Both the position numbers and the translations under genes were made by a program. A DNA stretch of 57,209 nucleotides. Origin: Candidatus Saccharimonadia bacterium. Its GTDB lineage: Bacteria > Patescibacteriota > Saccharimonadia > UBA4664 > JBBRNT01. The notes beneath the pieces were generated by a model. That model did not search any database. It saw nothing but the letters and a program-made list of their open reading frames with translations, and was not told the DNA's origin. Position 1 is the first letter of the stretch. Each line of letters starts with the position of its first letter. Of this stretch, positions 45,354-55,301 are shown in pieces. The stretch spans positions 1-57,209 of the forward strand of contig JBBRNT010000007.1 of NCBI GenBank assembly GCA_038230095.1. The letters are read 5' to 3'.

Positions 45354-46339
45354 TATTTCGTGCGCTTCAAGACCTCGCGGACTCGGGCAGCAATGTGCTT
45401 TCCGGTAAGGCCGAATGCCTCCAGAAGCTCGGCTGGCTGGCCAGTCTCTCCGTAACGGTCTACGACGCCCATGCGTGACATAGGCAGCGGCTCGTTCTCC
45501 ACCAGCAGCTCTGCTACTGCGCTACCGAGACCGCCGTTAATCTGAGCTTCTTCCACTGTCACCACGCAGCCCGTTTTGCGAGCGCTTTTCAGGATGGTGG
45601 TGGTATCGAGCGGCTTAATAGTGGCACAGTTAATAACCTCGGCTGAAATACCCTTCTTCGCCAAAGCTGCGGCGGCAAGGAGCGATTGATAAACCATTGT
45701 GCCACAGGCTACCAGGGTAATGTCTGAGCCAATCATCAGCACCTGCGCCTTCGCCATGCTAAACGGCGTGTCGGCAGTCGTAATAATCGGTGACTTATCA
45801 CGGGCCAGGCGTAAGTAGCTCGGAGCCGGATGAGCGGCTAGCGCCAGCGTGGCTTTCTCAGCCTCTGGGCCGTCACAAGGAACGATCACACGCATATTGG
45901 GCATGGTGCGCATAAGCGCAATGTCTTCTAGCATTTGGTGGGTGGCGCCGTCTAGCCCAGTATAGAGCCCAGCGTGCGAGCCCACGGTAATAACGGCGCG
46001 GTCATTGAGCGCCTGGGTAGTTTTAATCTGTTCCCAGTTACGACCCGGGGAAAAGGCGGCATAGCTGGAGGTAAAGGGAATATTGCCAAAGGCAGCCAGG
46101 CCAGCGGCTACGGTAGCCAGGTTCTGCTCGGCAATGCCGACTTCGAAGTAGCGCTCGGGGAAGGCCTCGGCAAAGTGGCTTATCTGGGTAGACTCAGTCA
46201 GATCGGCGCACAGTGCCACTACATGCTTGTTCTGACGGCCGGCTGCCACCAGGCCGCGGCCAAAACCAGCCCGGATGGGCTCTTGCTCGACTTCTGGGCT
46301 GAGGAGCTGGGGGTTCAAGTATAAATCGGTATTAATCAT
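45353..46339 (-). CDS. Transketolase C-terminal subunit
   Basis: ADLTES, GIAEQN, DGATHQ, YLRLAR, IKPLD. Confidence 0.93.
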   Translation of the reverse strand: MINTDLYLNPQLLSPEVEQEPIRAGFGRGLVAAGRQNKHVVALCADLTESTQISHFAEAFPERYFEVGIAEQNLATVAAGLAAFGNIPFTSSYAAFSPGRNWEQIKTTQALNDRAVITVGSHAGLYTGLDGATHQMLEDIALMRTMPNMRVIVPCDGPEAEKATLALAAHPAPSYLRLARDKSPIITTADTPFSMAKAQVLMIGSDITLVACGTMVYQSLLAAAALAKKGISAEVINCATIKPLDTTTILKSARKTGCVVTVEEAQINGGLGSAVAELLVENEPLPMSRMGVVDRYGETGQPAELLEAFGLTGKHIAARVREVLKRTK

Positions 46340-47196
46340 TGGTGTTCACTCCTAATGCGGCCGGCCAGGGTGCGGAGCTCATGGAGAGCCACTTTTTCCT
46401 GCTCTGGGTTGGGCACGCCCTTACCCGGCGCACCACCGTGCCAATGGTAGTCATACTGCATGAAGTCCACGCCCTTACCCGGAATGGTATAGGCCAGGAT
46501 GACGGTAGGCTTCTCGGTAACTACCTTGGCCCGGTCCATGGCAGCAATGATCTCGTCAAAATTATGCCCATCTATGCTCACAACGTTCCAACCAAAGGCC
46601 TCCCACTTGGCGGCGAGGTCTTCTAGTGGCATCACCGTCTCAGTCGGGCCGTCGATCTGGATATTATTGCGGTCTACAATGGCGGTAAGATTGGTGAGAT
46701 TGTACTTGTGGGCCAGCATGGCGGCTTCCCAGATATTGCCTTCCTGAAGCTCGCCGTCCCCCATGAGACAGTAAATGCGGCGATTCTTATTGCCCTCGAG
46801 GCGGCTGGCTAGAGCCATGCCACACGCTTGGGACAGGCCAGAGCCCAGTGGGCCGCTCGTAGTTTCTAGGCCTGGCAAACGCAGACGCTCGGGGTGGCCC
46901 TGCAGGCGCGAGCCGAACTTGCGGAGCGTCATGAGCTCCCCGACTGGGAAGTACCCAGAGCGGGCCATAGTAGCGTAGAGCACCGGTACAATGTGCCCGT
47001 TGGACAGCACTACGCGGTCGCGCTCGGGCCAGTCCGGCTGCTTGGGCCGGTGATTAAGCACCTGGAAGTAGAGGGCGGTAAACACGTCCGCCATGCCCAG
47101 AGGGCCGGCCGAGTGGCCGCTCCCGGCCCTGGTGAGCATTTCAATAATATCTTTGCGGATCTGATTGGCCTGTAGTTCGAGCTGCTTGGTGGTCAT
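46336..47196 (-). CDS. Transketolase N-terminal subunit
   Basis: AGSGH, RDRVVLSNGH, LQGHP, GDGELQEG ThDP motif. Confidence 0.95.
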   Translation of the reverse strand: MTTKQLELQANQIRKDIIEMLTRAGSGHSAGPLGMADVFTALYFQVLNHRPKQPDWPERDRVVLSNGHIVPVLYATMARSGYFPVGELMTLRKFGSRLQGHPERLRLPGLETTSGPLGSGLSQACGMALASRLEGNKNRRIYCLMGDGELQEGNIWEAAMLAHKYNLTNLTAIVDRNNIQIDGPTETVMPLEDLAAKWEAFGWNVVSIDGHNFDEIIAAMDRAKVVTEKPTVILAYTIPGKGVDFMQYDYHWHGGAPGKGVPNPEQEKVALHELRTLAGRIRSEHQ

Positions 47197-47846
47197 ACTT
47201 CTCCTTCTGCGATTGCACGAATCGCTTCATAAGCCATTTCAGGATCGGGTGAGTTATGGATAAAGCTGCCCACATTGAGTACGTCTGCCCCAGCGTCCAC
47301 CACCAGGCGCGCGGTGCTCTGGTTGATGCCGCCGTCCACCCCTATCTCTAAGCCTGGATTAATAGCGCGCGCCTGGCCAATCTTATCTAGACGCCCCAAA
47401 TCGAAGTCCTCGATAGCGCCGGTGCTGTTGTGTCCCAGGTGGGCGCCGGTGTAGATGAGCAGATGGTCGATACGAGGCAGCCACTCAGCTACTTGTTCTA
47501 TAGTGGTCTCGGGGCGCAAGGCCAGCCCAAACCGAATGTCGATAGCAGTCAGCTGCTTGTGGATGACCTCCAGATCATCACCAGACTCGAAGTGGCAGAC
47601 TACAAGCTCTGGCTCCAAGGCAATGATAGTCTCCAAATTGGCCAGAGGGTGCTCTACCATGAGGTGTACGTCGAGCGGGACGCCGTCTATACCATAGACC
47701 TGCGCCGGGCTAATAGTCTTCTGGTCAGTAAATACACCATCGCTTACATCTATATGTAGACGCTTTACGAACGGCTTTACCCGCTCGATGCGGGCCATGA
47801 AATCGTCGGCCGTAAAGGCGTCATTGGTAATAGCAACCTTAGCCAT
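47193..47846 (-). CDS. rpe: Ribulose-phosphate 3-epimerase
   Basis: HIDVSDG, DVHLMV, VDGGIN, GADVLNVGS; start trimmed to 47846. Confidence 0.9.
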   Translation of the reverse strand: MAKVAITNDAFTADDFMARIERVKPFVKRLHIDVSDGVFTDQKTISPAQVYGIDGVPLDVHLMVEHPLANLETIIALEPELVVCHFESGDDLEVIHKQLTAIDIRFGLALRPETTIEQVAEWLPRIDHLLIYTGAHLGHNSTGAIEDFDLGRLDKIGQARAINPGLEIGVDGGINQSTARLVVDAGADVLNVGSFIHNSPDPEMAYEAIRAIAEGEV

Positions 47847-48282
47847 AGATCTCCTCAACTTCATCAATCCGGCGATGGTATTTGGGATTACTCGAGAACT
47901 CTGTGGATAGCCAGGCCTCGGTAATGTGCTTGGCCTCGGCGGTGGTAATAAAGCGGGCTGGTAGGCACAGAACATTGCTGTCATTATCCTCCCGGGTCTC
48001 GTGTGCCACTTCCGCGCTCCAGACTACACTGGCCCGGATGCCACGTACTCGGTTGGCAGCCATAGCCATACCCTGGCCCGAACCACAGATGAGTACGCCG
48101 CGGGACTCATCCTCACCCAGTACCTTGGTGGCCACTACAAAGGCATACTGAGGGAAGTCGTCTTCCTTATCTAGATGGTCGGCGCCCAGGTCCTCCACTT
48201 CGTGGCCGAGGCCGCGCAGCCAAGCGACAAGCAGCTCTTTCTGATCAAATCCACCGTGGTCTGCCCCCACAAACAGCTTCAT
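47839..48282 (-). CDS. rpiB: Ribose-5-phosphate isomerase B
   Basis: GADHGG, ICGSGQG, AANRVRGIRA, NVLCL. Confidence 0.93.
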   Translation of the reverse strand: MKLFVGADHGGFDQKELLVAWLRGLGHEVEDLGADHLDKEDDFPQYAFVVATKVLGEDESRGVLICGSGQGMAMAANRVRGIRASVVWSAEVAHETREDNDSNVLCLPARFITTAEAKHITEAWLSTEFSSNPKYHRRIDEVEEIYG

Positions 48283-49295
48283 TAGGCTTGAATAGTCTTT
48301 CCGACTAGCTCAACCTGCTCAACCAGGCGGTTGCTGTAGCCCCACTCGTTGTCGTACCAGGCAATAACCTTGACCATATTGCCGCCCACCACGTTGGTGA
48401 GCTTCAGGTCCACAATGGCCGAGTGGCTGTCGCCAATAAAGTCGCTCGAGACGAGCTCTTCCTCGGTCACTGCGAGTAGGCCTTGCCACTGAGGCATGGC
48501 GGCGGCGTCCTTAAACATTTGGTTTACTTCCTCGATGGTCGTGTCCTTGCCGGTCAGGAAGGTAAAGTCACTGAGGCTGACAACTGGGGTGGGGACGCGG
48601 ATGGACAGGCCTTGGAAAATGCCCTGGAGCTCTGGGACCACCAGCGCTGCAGCAATAGTCGCGCCGGTGGTGGTGGGCACAATGTTCTCAGCGGCGTTGC
48701 GACCCTCGCGAAGATCCTTGGACGGAGCGTCTTGTAGGGCCTGGCTAGCAGTATAGGAGTGCACGGTGGTCATCATGGCCTTCTGGACACCGAACTTGGC
48801 CGTCATGAGGGCGGCAACTGGCGAGATAGCGTTGGTGGTACAGGAAGCGTTCGAGACAATAGTATCGGCAGCAGTGAGCTTATCGGAGTTAACGCCGACT
48901 ACAAAAGTACCGGCGCCGTCACCCTTAGCTGGAGCAGATATGACTACTCGCTTAGCGCCGGCGTCGAGGTGCATTTTGGCATCCTCGGCTTTGGTAAAGC
49001 GGCCAGTGGACTCAATAACCACATCTATGGCCATGTCTTTCCAGGGCAGCATCTTGGGGTCTTTTTCAGCCACTACCTTGATAGACTTGCCGGCGACGAT
49101 AATATTGGTCTCGTCGTAGCTCACTTCTTGGTGATACAAGCCGTAGTTGGAGTCGTGCTTCAGTAGGTTCGCAAGGGTCTTAGTATCTGTCAGGTCATTG
49201 ATAGCGACAATTTCTAGGTCTGGCCGGCCGAAGGCAATTTTGAAGGCGTTACGGCCAATGCGTCCAAAACCATTAATAGCTACTTTAAGTGCCAC
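48282..49295 (-). CDS. gap: Glyceraldehyde-3-phosphate dehydrogenase (type I)
   Basis: [25 protein letters not shown]; GTG start 49295. Confidence 0.97.
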   Translation of the reverse strand: MALKVAINGFGRIGRNAFKIAFGRPDLEIVAINDLTDTKTLANLLKHDSNYGLYHQEVSYDETNIIVAGKSIKVVAEKDPKMLPWKDMAIDVVIESTGRFTKAEDAKMHLDAGAKRVVISAPAKGDGAGTFVVGVNSDKLTAADTIVSNASCTTNAISPVAALMTAKFGVQKAMMTTVHSYTASQALQDAPSKDLREGRNAAENIVPTTTGATIAAALVVPELQGIFQGLSIRVPTPVVSLSDFTFLTGKDTTIEEVNQMFKDAAAMPQWQGLLAVTEEELVSSDFIGDSHSAIVDLKLTNVVGGNMVKVIAWYDNEWGYSNRLVEQVELVGKTIQA

Positions 49296-49362
49296 GGGTT
49301 GTACCTTTTTTATTACCCTTATGCTACAGGGTAGCGCCAAGACATGCAAGGAGGTAGAAGTA

Positions 49363-49391
49363 TTGACAATATATGGTACTTGTGATATAGT
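49363..49391 (+). promoter_or_regulatory. Strong sigma70-type promoter
   Basis: TTGACA-17-TATAGT with extended TG. Confidence 0.75.
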
Positions 49392-49397
49392 GCTTAC

Positions 49398-49545
49398 AGT
49401 TCATTTTACAACCTGTGTTTTCAGCAATGACGCATCATCTGTATTTGGTCGCTTGGATGATGCCGAGCCAATAGCGAAACCGGCAAACAAATGTACTATG
49501 TGTTGTCGCCGGTCGCTATGTTGTGATCGGCGTTTTGTGTTACCC
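49398..49545 (+). ncRNA. Candidate structured 5' leader / small RNA
   Basis: Stems 49432-49440/49455-49463, 49471-49476/49514-49519, 49479-49484/49508-49513 and 49462-49466/49527-49531. Confidence 0.4.
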
Positions 49546-49582
49546 CACCCGGGCCCCGGCCCTCTCCCCGTAAGGAACTACT

Positions 49583-49933
49583 ATGAACACCGTCACTGCA
49601 CGTCCCACCACCAACCCAGCGCTGATCGAACTCTGGCAGCGCTACAGCCCCGACTCGCGGATGGATCCGCTCATTGGCATCATCTTCGACGGTATCTACC
49701 ACAACCAGCCGGCCAAGAACCTGGCCTGGGCAGCACAATGCGAAGCAATAAGCGCTGGCAAGAGCTTCGAAGAGGCCGGCCGGATCTACGACGAAACGCT
49801 CCCTGCTCAGCAGTACCTCTTCCTCACTGGTGAGCTGCGTAAGCTGGCTCGACGCTGCGGCGGATCGGACTACCTGGTCGATGCGATCATCAAGCTCGCC
49901 ACCAGGCGCGGGCAGGTCCGTGAAGACGGCTGA
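49583..49933 (+). CDS. Hypothetical helical protein
   Basis: AAGGA SD, 116 aa, own terminator. Confidence 0.7.
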   Translation: MNTVTARPTTNPALIELWQRYSPDSRMDPLIGIIFDGIYHNQPAKNLAWAAQCEAISAGKSFEEAGRIYDETLPAQQYLFLTGELRKLARRCGGSDYLVDAIIKLATRRGQVREDG

Positions 49934-49946
49934 CTCACCGCCTTAT

Positions 49947-50020
49947 GGCCCCGCTACCTATTTCAGGTAGCGGGGCCTTTTCTTTGTACTAAAAAACACC
50001 CCAGGTCGGGGTGTTTTTTA
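49947..50020. terminator. Two adjacent terminators for convergent genes
   Basis: ggccccgctacct...aggtagcggggcc + T-run; taaaaaacacccc...ggggtgtttttta. Confidence 0.8.
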
Positions 50021-50034
50021 GCGATTACTGAGGT

Positions 50035-50562
50035 CTACTTACCAGCCTGGTAGCGCTTAATGCAGTCGGCGATGACAGCGGCAGCGTCCTCAGCAGTCCC
50101 GAAGCCGAGTACCTTGGTACCACCTTTTTTCAGATCCTTGTAGTGGGTGAAGTGGTGGTCAATCTGGCGCTGCCAGCTCTCGCCTAAGTCGTCCAGCGTT
50201 AGGATAGCGTCGCCACCATTGCGGTCATCAGCGGGAACACAAATGATCTTATGATCCATCTCGCCGTCGTCCTCAAAATTGAGCACGCCAATAACGCGAG
50301 CCTTGACGACCAGTCCCATGGGCAGCTTCTCGCCGCAAACAACCAAGGTGTCTAGCTCATCACCATCTTCATCGAGCGTCTGGGGGATGAAGCCATAGTT
50401 CACCGGCTTGGCAAAGATAACTGGCTCTACCCGGTCTAGTTCGAAAATACCGAGGTCCTTGCGGTACTCGATCTTCAGGGTTGAGCCAGCGCTAATTTCT
50501 ATAACCGTGTTTATTTCCGGTAATTCACCGGGGGTCAAAAGGGCATTGTAGTCGATTCCCAT
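50035..50562 (-). CDS. ppa: Inorganic pyrophosphatase (family I)
   Basis: NYGFIPQT, DGDELD, DDGEMDHK, FTHYKDL; AGGAG SD before ATG 50562. Confidence 0.95.
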   Translation of the reverse strand: MGIDYNALLTPGELPEINTVIEISAGSTLKIEYRKDLGIFELDRVEPVIFAKPVNYGFIPQTLDEDGDELDTLVVCGEKLPMGLVVKARVIGVLNFEDDGEMDHKIICVPADDRNGGDAILTLDDLGESWQRQIDHHFTHYKDLKKGGTKVLGFGTAEDAAAVIADCIKRYQAGK

Positions 50563-50611
50563 GAGTACTCCTGTAGTATGCCTGTATTGTACCGCGCTGC
50601 TCACTTCTGGG

Positions 50612-51103
50612 CTAGCCCCGGGGCTTTGGCTGGGTGTCCTTTACGAAGATCCAGAACGTCTGTCCCCACCAGTGATCCGGCAGCTCCGCTGTCTGGCGCC
50701 AACCCAGCTTGCGGTAGTAGGGCGCGGCTACCTCGGTCCAGAGCATAATTTTGGAAATATAGTCCGGCACCACCTTGGTTTCAAAGTAGCCAAGTAGCTG
50801 GCCCCCGACACCAGTCCCCCGCTCGTCCTTGTCCACATAGAGCGAGTAGACAAGCGCCACGCCGTCGTTGGCTGGGGTGCCCACCAGATAGCCCACTACC
50901 GACTCCCCACGGGCCGCCACAAGGATAATACGGAGCCGCCGCAGAATAGTGTTTAGCAAGCGAGGAGCGCTCTGGCGCTTGAGGAGGATACGCTGAATAT
51001 CACGGTCGTAGAAATTATAGGTGGTGGCGACAGACTGCCTGGATAATGCGGCTATCTGGCGGATATCGCTGAGCCGAGCTGGTCGAATAGTAGTATGTGT
51101 CAT
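50612..51103 (-). CDS. GNAT-family acetyltransferase
   Basis: IRPA, LYVDKDERGTGVG, YYRKLGW. Confidence 0.88.
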   Translation of the reverse strand: MTHTTIRPARLSDIRQIAALSRQSVATTYNFYDRDIQRILLKRQSAPRLLNTILRRLRIILVAARGESVVGYLVGTPANDGVALVYSLYVDKDERGTGVGGQLLGYFETKVVPDYISKIMLWTEVAAPYYRKLGWRQTAELPDHWWGQTFWIFVKDTQPKPRG

Positions 51104-52434
51104 TGGTACTTCCCGCAATTATTGGCTCGTGTGCCACCGTTTACTATGGTCTGCATCCAGGTAATGACGGTTTTGTGGCCCTCGGCCATGGCGGTGTAGT
51201 GGGTACCTGCGGCCGACTGCTGTAGCTCCAGATTGGCCAGGGGCGAAGCACAGATGCGACGGGCCAGCTCCGCCTGGGCGGCCGGGAGGATAACTACATC
51301 TTTATCGCCCGCTACCAGTAGGACCGGGGTATGGTCGCTGCTGGAGCCGGCGAGGTTGGCATAGAGGTGCGCGTATAGCCTAGGGAAGCTTACGGCTAGG
51401 GTACCGTCTTTGGCGGCCTGGAGGAACTCGGGAGTGTAGACACTACCGGCATTGCTGGGCGGGCCATAGTGGCCCGTGCGCAGCTCAAGCTGGTCAATAC
51501 AGAAGTGGCGGGCGTCCTGCGCGACCGTACTAGCGAACGGCTCTTTGAAGATGGTATTGGCCGGCTCCAGATCCCCGTAGTAGTCGCTGTAAGCGGCGTA
51601 GACGTACGATGGCAGCCAGATAGTTGTTGAGCCCTTGGCAATGTCTGCAACCGAGCGTACTACGTCGGTGGCGGCAGCAAAGCCAATAATGCCGGCAATG
51701 TGGATGCCGGGCGCGTAGGTGGCACCTAGCTGCTCGGCCCAGAGCGCGGCGTGTGCGCCCTGTGAGTACCCAGCAAAGAAGGTGGGCTCGGCCACCGTGG
51801 CTAGCCCGGGGCGGGTGTCGTCGCGGAAGTCGTGCAGAGCAATGGCGGCGTCCAGCATGACCCGCCCCTCTAGATCGCCGACAAAGTAGGGATGGATGGC
51901 GCTGTCACCAGCTCCACGGTAGTAGTCCACCATGGCTACGGCATAGCCCTGGCCGGCATAGTACTCCATGTGGTCATCATAATGCCCCCAGTTCTTACCC
52001 CGGATTTGCTCAAGCGTGGGAGCGCAATCTGGCCCCGGACCGGTGGTGCCGGGTCCAAACACAAAGGCCGGTGCGGCAATGGAGCCCGAGGGCAAGTACA
52101 GCCGGGCGTGCACCTCGATGGGCCTACTGGTAGCTGGTAGCCGTGAAATATAGCTAATGTCGTAGGTCTCCACGGCGTACCGAGCGCTTACCGGGTCTAT
52201 GACGCCGTAATCAGCTCGAGAGCCGGTGTCTACCTGGGCCATAGACAGGCTCGTGATGTGCCGGGTGGTCTTGAGCGAGCCGGCGGCGACCGGACGCTCC
52301 GTGCGGACGGGTTCGGGGGCTAGCGAGGACAGTACCACCGACTCATTTTGGCGGATAATAAGCGCCATCATAATGACGCCACAGCTAACGCCGAGATAGT
52401 ACCGGAGGCGTCGGCGCGAGCCTCTAGCCGACAT
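51100..52434 (-). CDS. Secretory lipase-family alpha/beta hydrolase
   Basis: GTTGPGPDCAP, GYSQG nucleophile elbow, GDKDVV, TH; N-terminal TM. Confidence 0.85.
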   Translation of the reverse strand: MSARGSRRRLRYYLGVSCGVIMMALIIRQNESVVLSSLAPEPVRTERPVAAGSLKTTRHITSLSMAQVDTGSRADYGVIDPVSARYAVETYDISYISRLPATSRPIEVHARLYLPSGSIAAPAFVFGPGTTGPGPDCAPTLEQIRGKNWGHYDDHMEYYAGQGYAVAMVDYYRGAGDSAIHPYFVGDLEGRVMLDAAIALHDFRDDTRPGLATVAEPTFFAGYSQGAHAALWAEQLGATYAPGIHIAGIIGFAAATDVVRSVADIAKGSTTIWLPSYVYAAYSDYYGDLEPANTIFKEPFASTVAQDARHFCIDQLELRTGHYGPPSNAGSVYTPEFLQAAKDGTLAVSFPRLYAHLYANLAGSSSDHTPVLLVAGDKDVVILPAAQAELARRICASPLANLELQQSAAGTHYTAMAEGHKTVITWMQTIVNGGTRANNCGKYQ

Positions 52435-53611
52435 CTTTCAGGTACTCGCGCAGCATAAGCGCAGCCGTGACACCCTCCCCTACAGCCGAGGCAATCTGCC
52501 AGGTGGCGCCGCTGCGGACATCGCCGGCCGAGTAGACGCCGGGTAGGTTGGTAGCAAAGGTCTTATCAGTAAGAACGAAGCCATGGTCATCCAGATCTAT
52601 GTGGCCTTTGGCCCAGCCGGTATTGGGATCGAGTCCAATGAATACGAATACGCCGTCGGTATCAAAGCTGACCGTCTTGCCGCTAGACTTACTAATACCT
52701 TCTACAGCAGTCACCTTGCCTTCATGGCCGACAATCTCGGTAGTCTGGACACCATAGTGGACGGTGATCTTAGCCGTAGTCTTAATCTTCTCAATGAGAA
52801 TTTCTGTACCTTTGAGCTGGTCGCCGCGGACTAGGAGGACTATTTCCGAGGCAAACTTGGTAAGGAATAGACTCTCCTGCATGGCAGAATTGCCCCCGCC
52901 AATGATGACAAGCTTCTTGTCGCGGTAGAATGGGCCATCGCAGGTAGCACAATAATGCACGCCGCGGCCGGTCAGCTCTTGCTCGCCCGGTACGCCCAGC
53001 TTGCGGTAGCTCGAGCCGGTGGCAATAAGCACACTCTTGGCGTAGCGTACGCCATTCGTGGTTTCCAGGCGCTTATAGATGCCTTCGTCATGGATAGACT
53101 CTACCGCCACGCCGGTCTCAAACTGGGCGCCAAAACGCCGAGCCTGGGCCTCCATCTGGTCGGCCAGCTGCAGCCCGCCTATGCCATCTGGGAAACCAGG
53201 ATAGTTATCTATCTGGTCGGTAATGCCCGCCAGGCCACCGATAGCGGCTTTTTCCAGTAGTAGCGTGGATATGTCCTCGCGGGTGGTATAGATGGCGGCC
53301 GAGAGGCCAGTGGGGCCAGCACCAATAATTACCAGATCATGATAGTTGGTGACAGCCTTCTCGGTAACGTCTAGAGCTGTTGCTAGGTCGTGGTTACTTG
53401 GGTTCACCATGACAGCGCCGTCGGCTAGCTTCACTGTGGGGATCACTCGGTTACCACCATTAATATCCATGACAAAATCAGCCGCTTTGGGATCGCGGTC
53501 AACGTCTACCCAGGTGTAGCTAATATTGTGCTCGCCAAGCCAGTGCTTGACGCGGGAGCAGTCGGGGCACCAGGTGGCGCCATAGAGGGTGAGGCTGTCT
53601 GTCATAGGCAT
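52424..53611 (-). CDS. trxB: Thioredoxin reductase with N-terminal glutaredoxin-like domain
   Basis: WCPDC redoxin domain, then IIGAGPTG, NYPGF, YCATCDG, GGGNSA, AGDV. Confidence 0.92.
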   Translation of the reverse strand: MPMTDSLTLYGATWCPDCSRVKHWLGEHNISYTWVDVDRDPKAADFVMDINGGNRVIPTVKLADGAVMVNPSNHDLATALDVTEKAVTNYHDLVIIGAGPTGLSAAIYTTREDISTLLLEKAAIGGLAGITDQIDNYPGFPDGIGGLQLADQMEAQARRFGAQFETGVAVESIHDEGIYKRLETTNGVRYAKSVLIATGSSYRKLGVPGEQELTGRGVHYCATCDGPFYRDKKLVIIGGGNSAMQESLFLTKFASEIVLLVRGDQLKGTEILIEKIKTTAKITVHYGVQTTEIVGHEGKVTAVEGISKSSGKTVSFDTDGVFVFIGLDPNTGWAKGHIDLDDHGFVLTDKTFATNLPGVYSAGDVRSGATWQIASAVGEGVTAALMLREYLKDVG

Positions 53612-53612
53612 A

Positions 53613-53861
53613 TTATAGTCCTAATGCTTGTTCGAGACGAGGCCGATCAAACCCGAGAATACCAGTCTTGGTACCATCATCGGCGGTAATGACGGTAAAT
53701 GGCACGCCCATCTGACCGCTCAGTTGGATCATTTCCTCGGCGGCTTTCTGATCGAGATCCACACCTACCTCTTCAAACTCAATATTTTTCTCTTTGAAAA
53801 ACTGTTTTTCGGCACGGCAGTAAACACAGGTGGCGGTGGTGTACATTTTGACTTGTGGCAT
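53613..53861 (-). CDS. Glutaredoxin-like protein (NrdH/YruB type)
   Basis: CVYC, SGQMGVP, GFD. Confidence 0.9.
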   Translation of the reverse strand: MPQVKMYTTATCVYCRAEKQFFKEKNIEFEEVGVDLDQKAAEEMIQLSGQMGVPFTVITADDGTKTGILGFDRPRLEQALGL

Positions 53862-53931
53862 GTCTATCTCCTCTTTATATCTATCATAGCAAAAGCGTCA
53901 ACCCCTAGCGTAGGTAATGATGCATACGACA

Positions 53932-55215
53932 CTACAGATCGTGTGCGTTATCGGACCGGTCCACGGTGCCATTGTGCCGGATTATCTCGGCATAGGCGTG
54001 GGCGCTGGGGCGGATGGTCCGCTTCATAGTAGTGCGGTCGACGGCAATAAGCCCAAACTTGGGCCAGAAGCCCTTGTCCCACTCGAAATTGTCTAAAAGC
54101 GACCAGTGCGAGTAGCCGCGGACGTCTATCCCCTGCTCAACCGCCCGCTCAAGTACATGCACCACTTGGCGAATATAGTCCGCCCGGTAGGTGTCGGTAG
54201 CATCGGCCAGACCGTTCTCGGTAATGTAGATGGGTAGCCGGTAGCCGGAAAGGCCCTTCAGTACCTGCATGAGCCCCTGGGGGTAGAGCTCCCAGCCTAG
54301 GTCGGAGTAGTGGGCCCGGTGCCCAGCCTTAATCGAAAACGGGGTCCGGCTATGCATGTAGTAATTTAGGCCAATATAGTCCTGATAGCCTCGGATGAGA
54401 CGCAGGAAGTAGTAGTTCCAGAAATAATCCAAGCTAAATTTGAGCAAGCGATTGATCATATTGCGGTCGACCGCGAGCGATATATTGTGCTTGGACACGC
54501 CAATGCGGGCGGCCCCATTTGTCAGCTTAATGAGCCGGTAGGCACGACGGTGGCCGCGGGCCAGATTGCGCATGACGGTGCGGGCCAGAGCCGTGTTGTG
54601 CTTCTGAGGTGGCCACTCGCCGATGCGGAAGGAGAAGTCCGCATAGACCTCCGGCTCGTTGAGGGTAAGCCAGAAAGATACGTCACTGCCCATGTACTCT
54701 ACCACCTTGGATACGTAACGAACAAAGTAGTCACAGGCCTTTACCGTCTCCCAGCCGCCTTGGTCGCGCAGCCAGGTAGGGTTGGTCCAGTGCCAGAGTG
54801 TAACGAATGGCTCTATGCCCAACTGGCGGCAGGTACGTATAACATCGCGGTAGTGCGCCAGGGCTGCCTCATCAAACTCGCCGGGGCTGGGCTCAATGCG
54901 CGACCACTCCAGTGAAAAACGGAAGCTTGTCATGCCCAGCGACTTGGCCATGGCCAGATCTTCCTTATAGAGATGGTAGTGGTCGACGGCCTTACCGGAA
55001 ATGTAGTTGGCGGGACTGGTTGCCTCAGTCTTGACCGTGTCCCAGCGTGGCAGTAGGTGCGCGAAGTGGCGGGTGGCCCGGGCAGCCAAGTCCTCGGCAT
55101 GGGCCTGCTCCCACTCGCTCCAGTCATTGCGGTTCCCCCCCTCTACCTGGTGAGCGGCCACGCTGGCACCCCAGAGGAACCCGGTGGGCAGGGATGAGTC
55201 ACGTGTACGTTTCAT
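53932..55215 (-). CDS. Glycoside hydrolase family 1 (beta-glucosidase-like)
   Basis: FLWG...AHQVEG, FSLEWSRI, TLNEP, ITENG, WSLLDNFEW; start trimmed to 55215. Confidence 0.95.
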   Translation of the reverse strand: MKRTRDSSLPTGFLWGASVAAHQVEGGNRNDWSEWEQAHAEDLAARATRHFAHLLPRWDTVKTEATSPANYISGKAVDHYHLYKEDLAMAKSLGMTSFRFSLEWSRIEPSPGEFDEAALAHYRDVIRTCRQLGIEPFVTLWHWTNPTWLRDQGGWETVKACDYFVRYVSKVVEYMGSDVSFWLTLNEPEVYADFSFRIGEWPPQKHNTALARTVMRNLARGHRRAYRLIKLTNGAARIGVSKHNISLAVDRNMINRLLKFSLDYFWNYYFLRLIRGYQDYIGLNYYMHSRTPFSIKAGHRAHYSDLGWELYPQGLMQVLKGLSGYRLPIYITENGLADATDTYRADYIRQVVHVLERAVEQGIDVRGYSHWSLLDNFEWDKGFWPKFGLIAVDRTTMKRTIRPSAHAYAEIIRHNGTVDRSDNAHDL

Positions 55216-55254
55216 GGCTCTTATTATGCCTGGCATCATAGTGCTTATGCAACA

Positions 55255-55285
55255 AAACAACCGGCTCCATGGGAGCCAGTTGTTT
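55255..55285. terminator. Intrinsic terminator
   Basis: aaacaaccggctcc-atg-ggagccagttgttt. Confidence 0.7.
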
Positions 55286-55301
55286 GCTGTAAGCAGACCA
55301 A

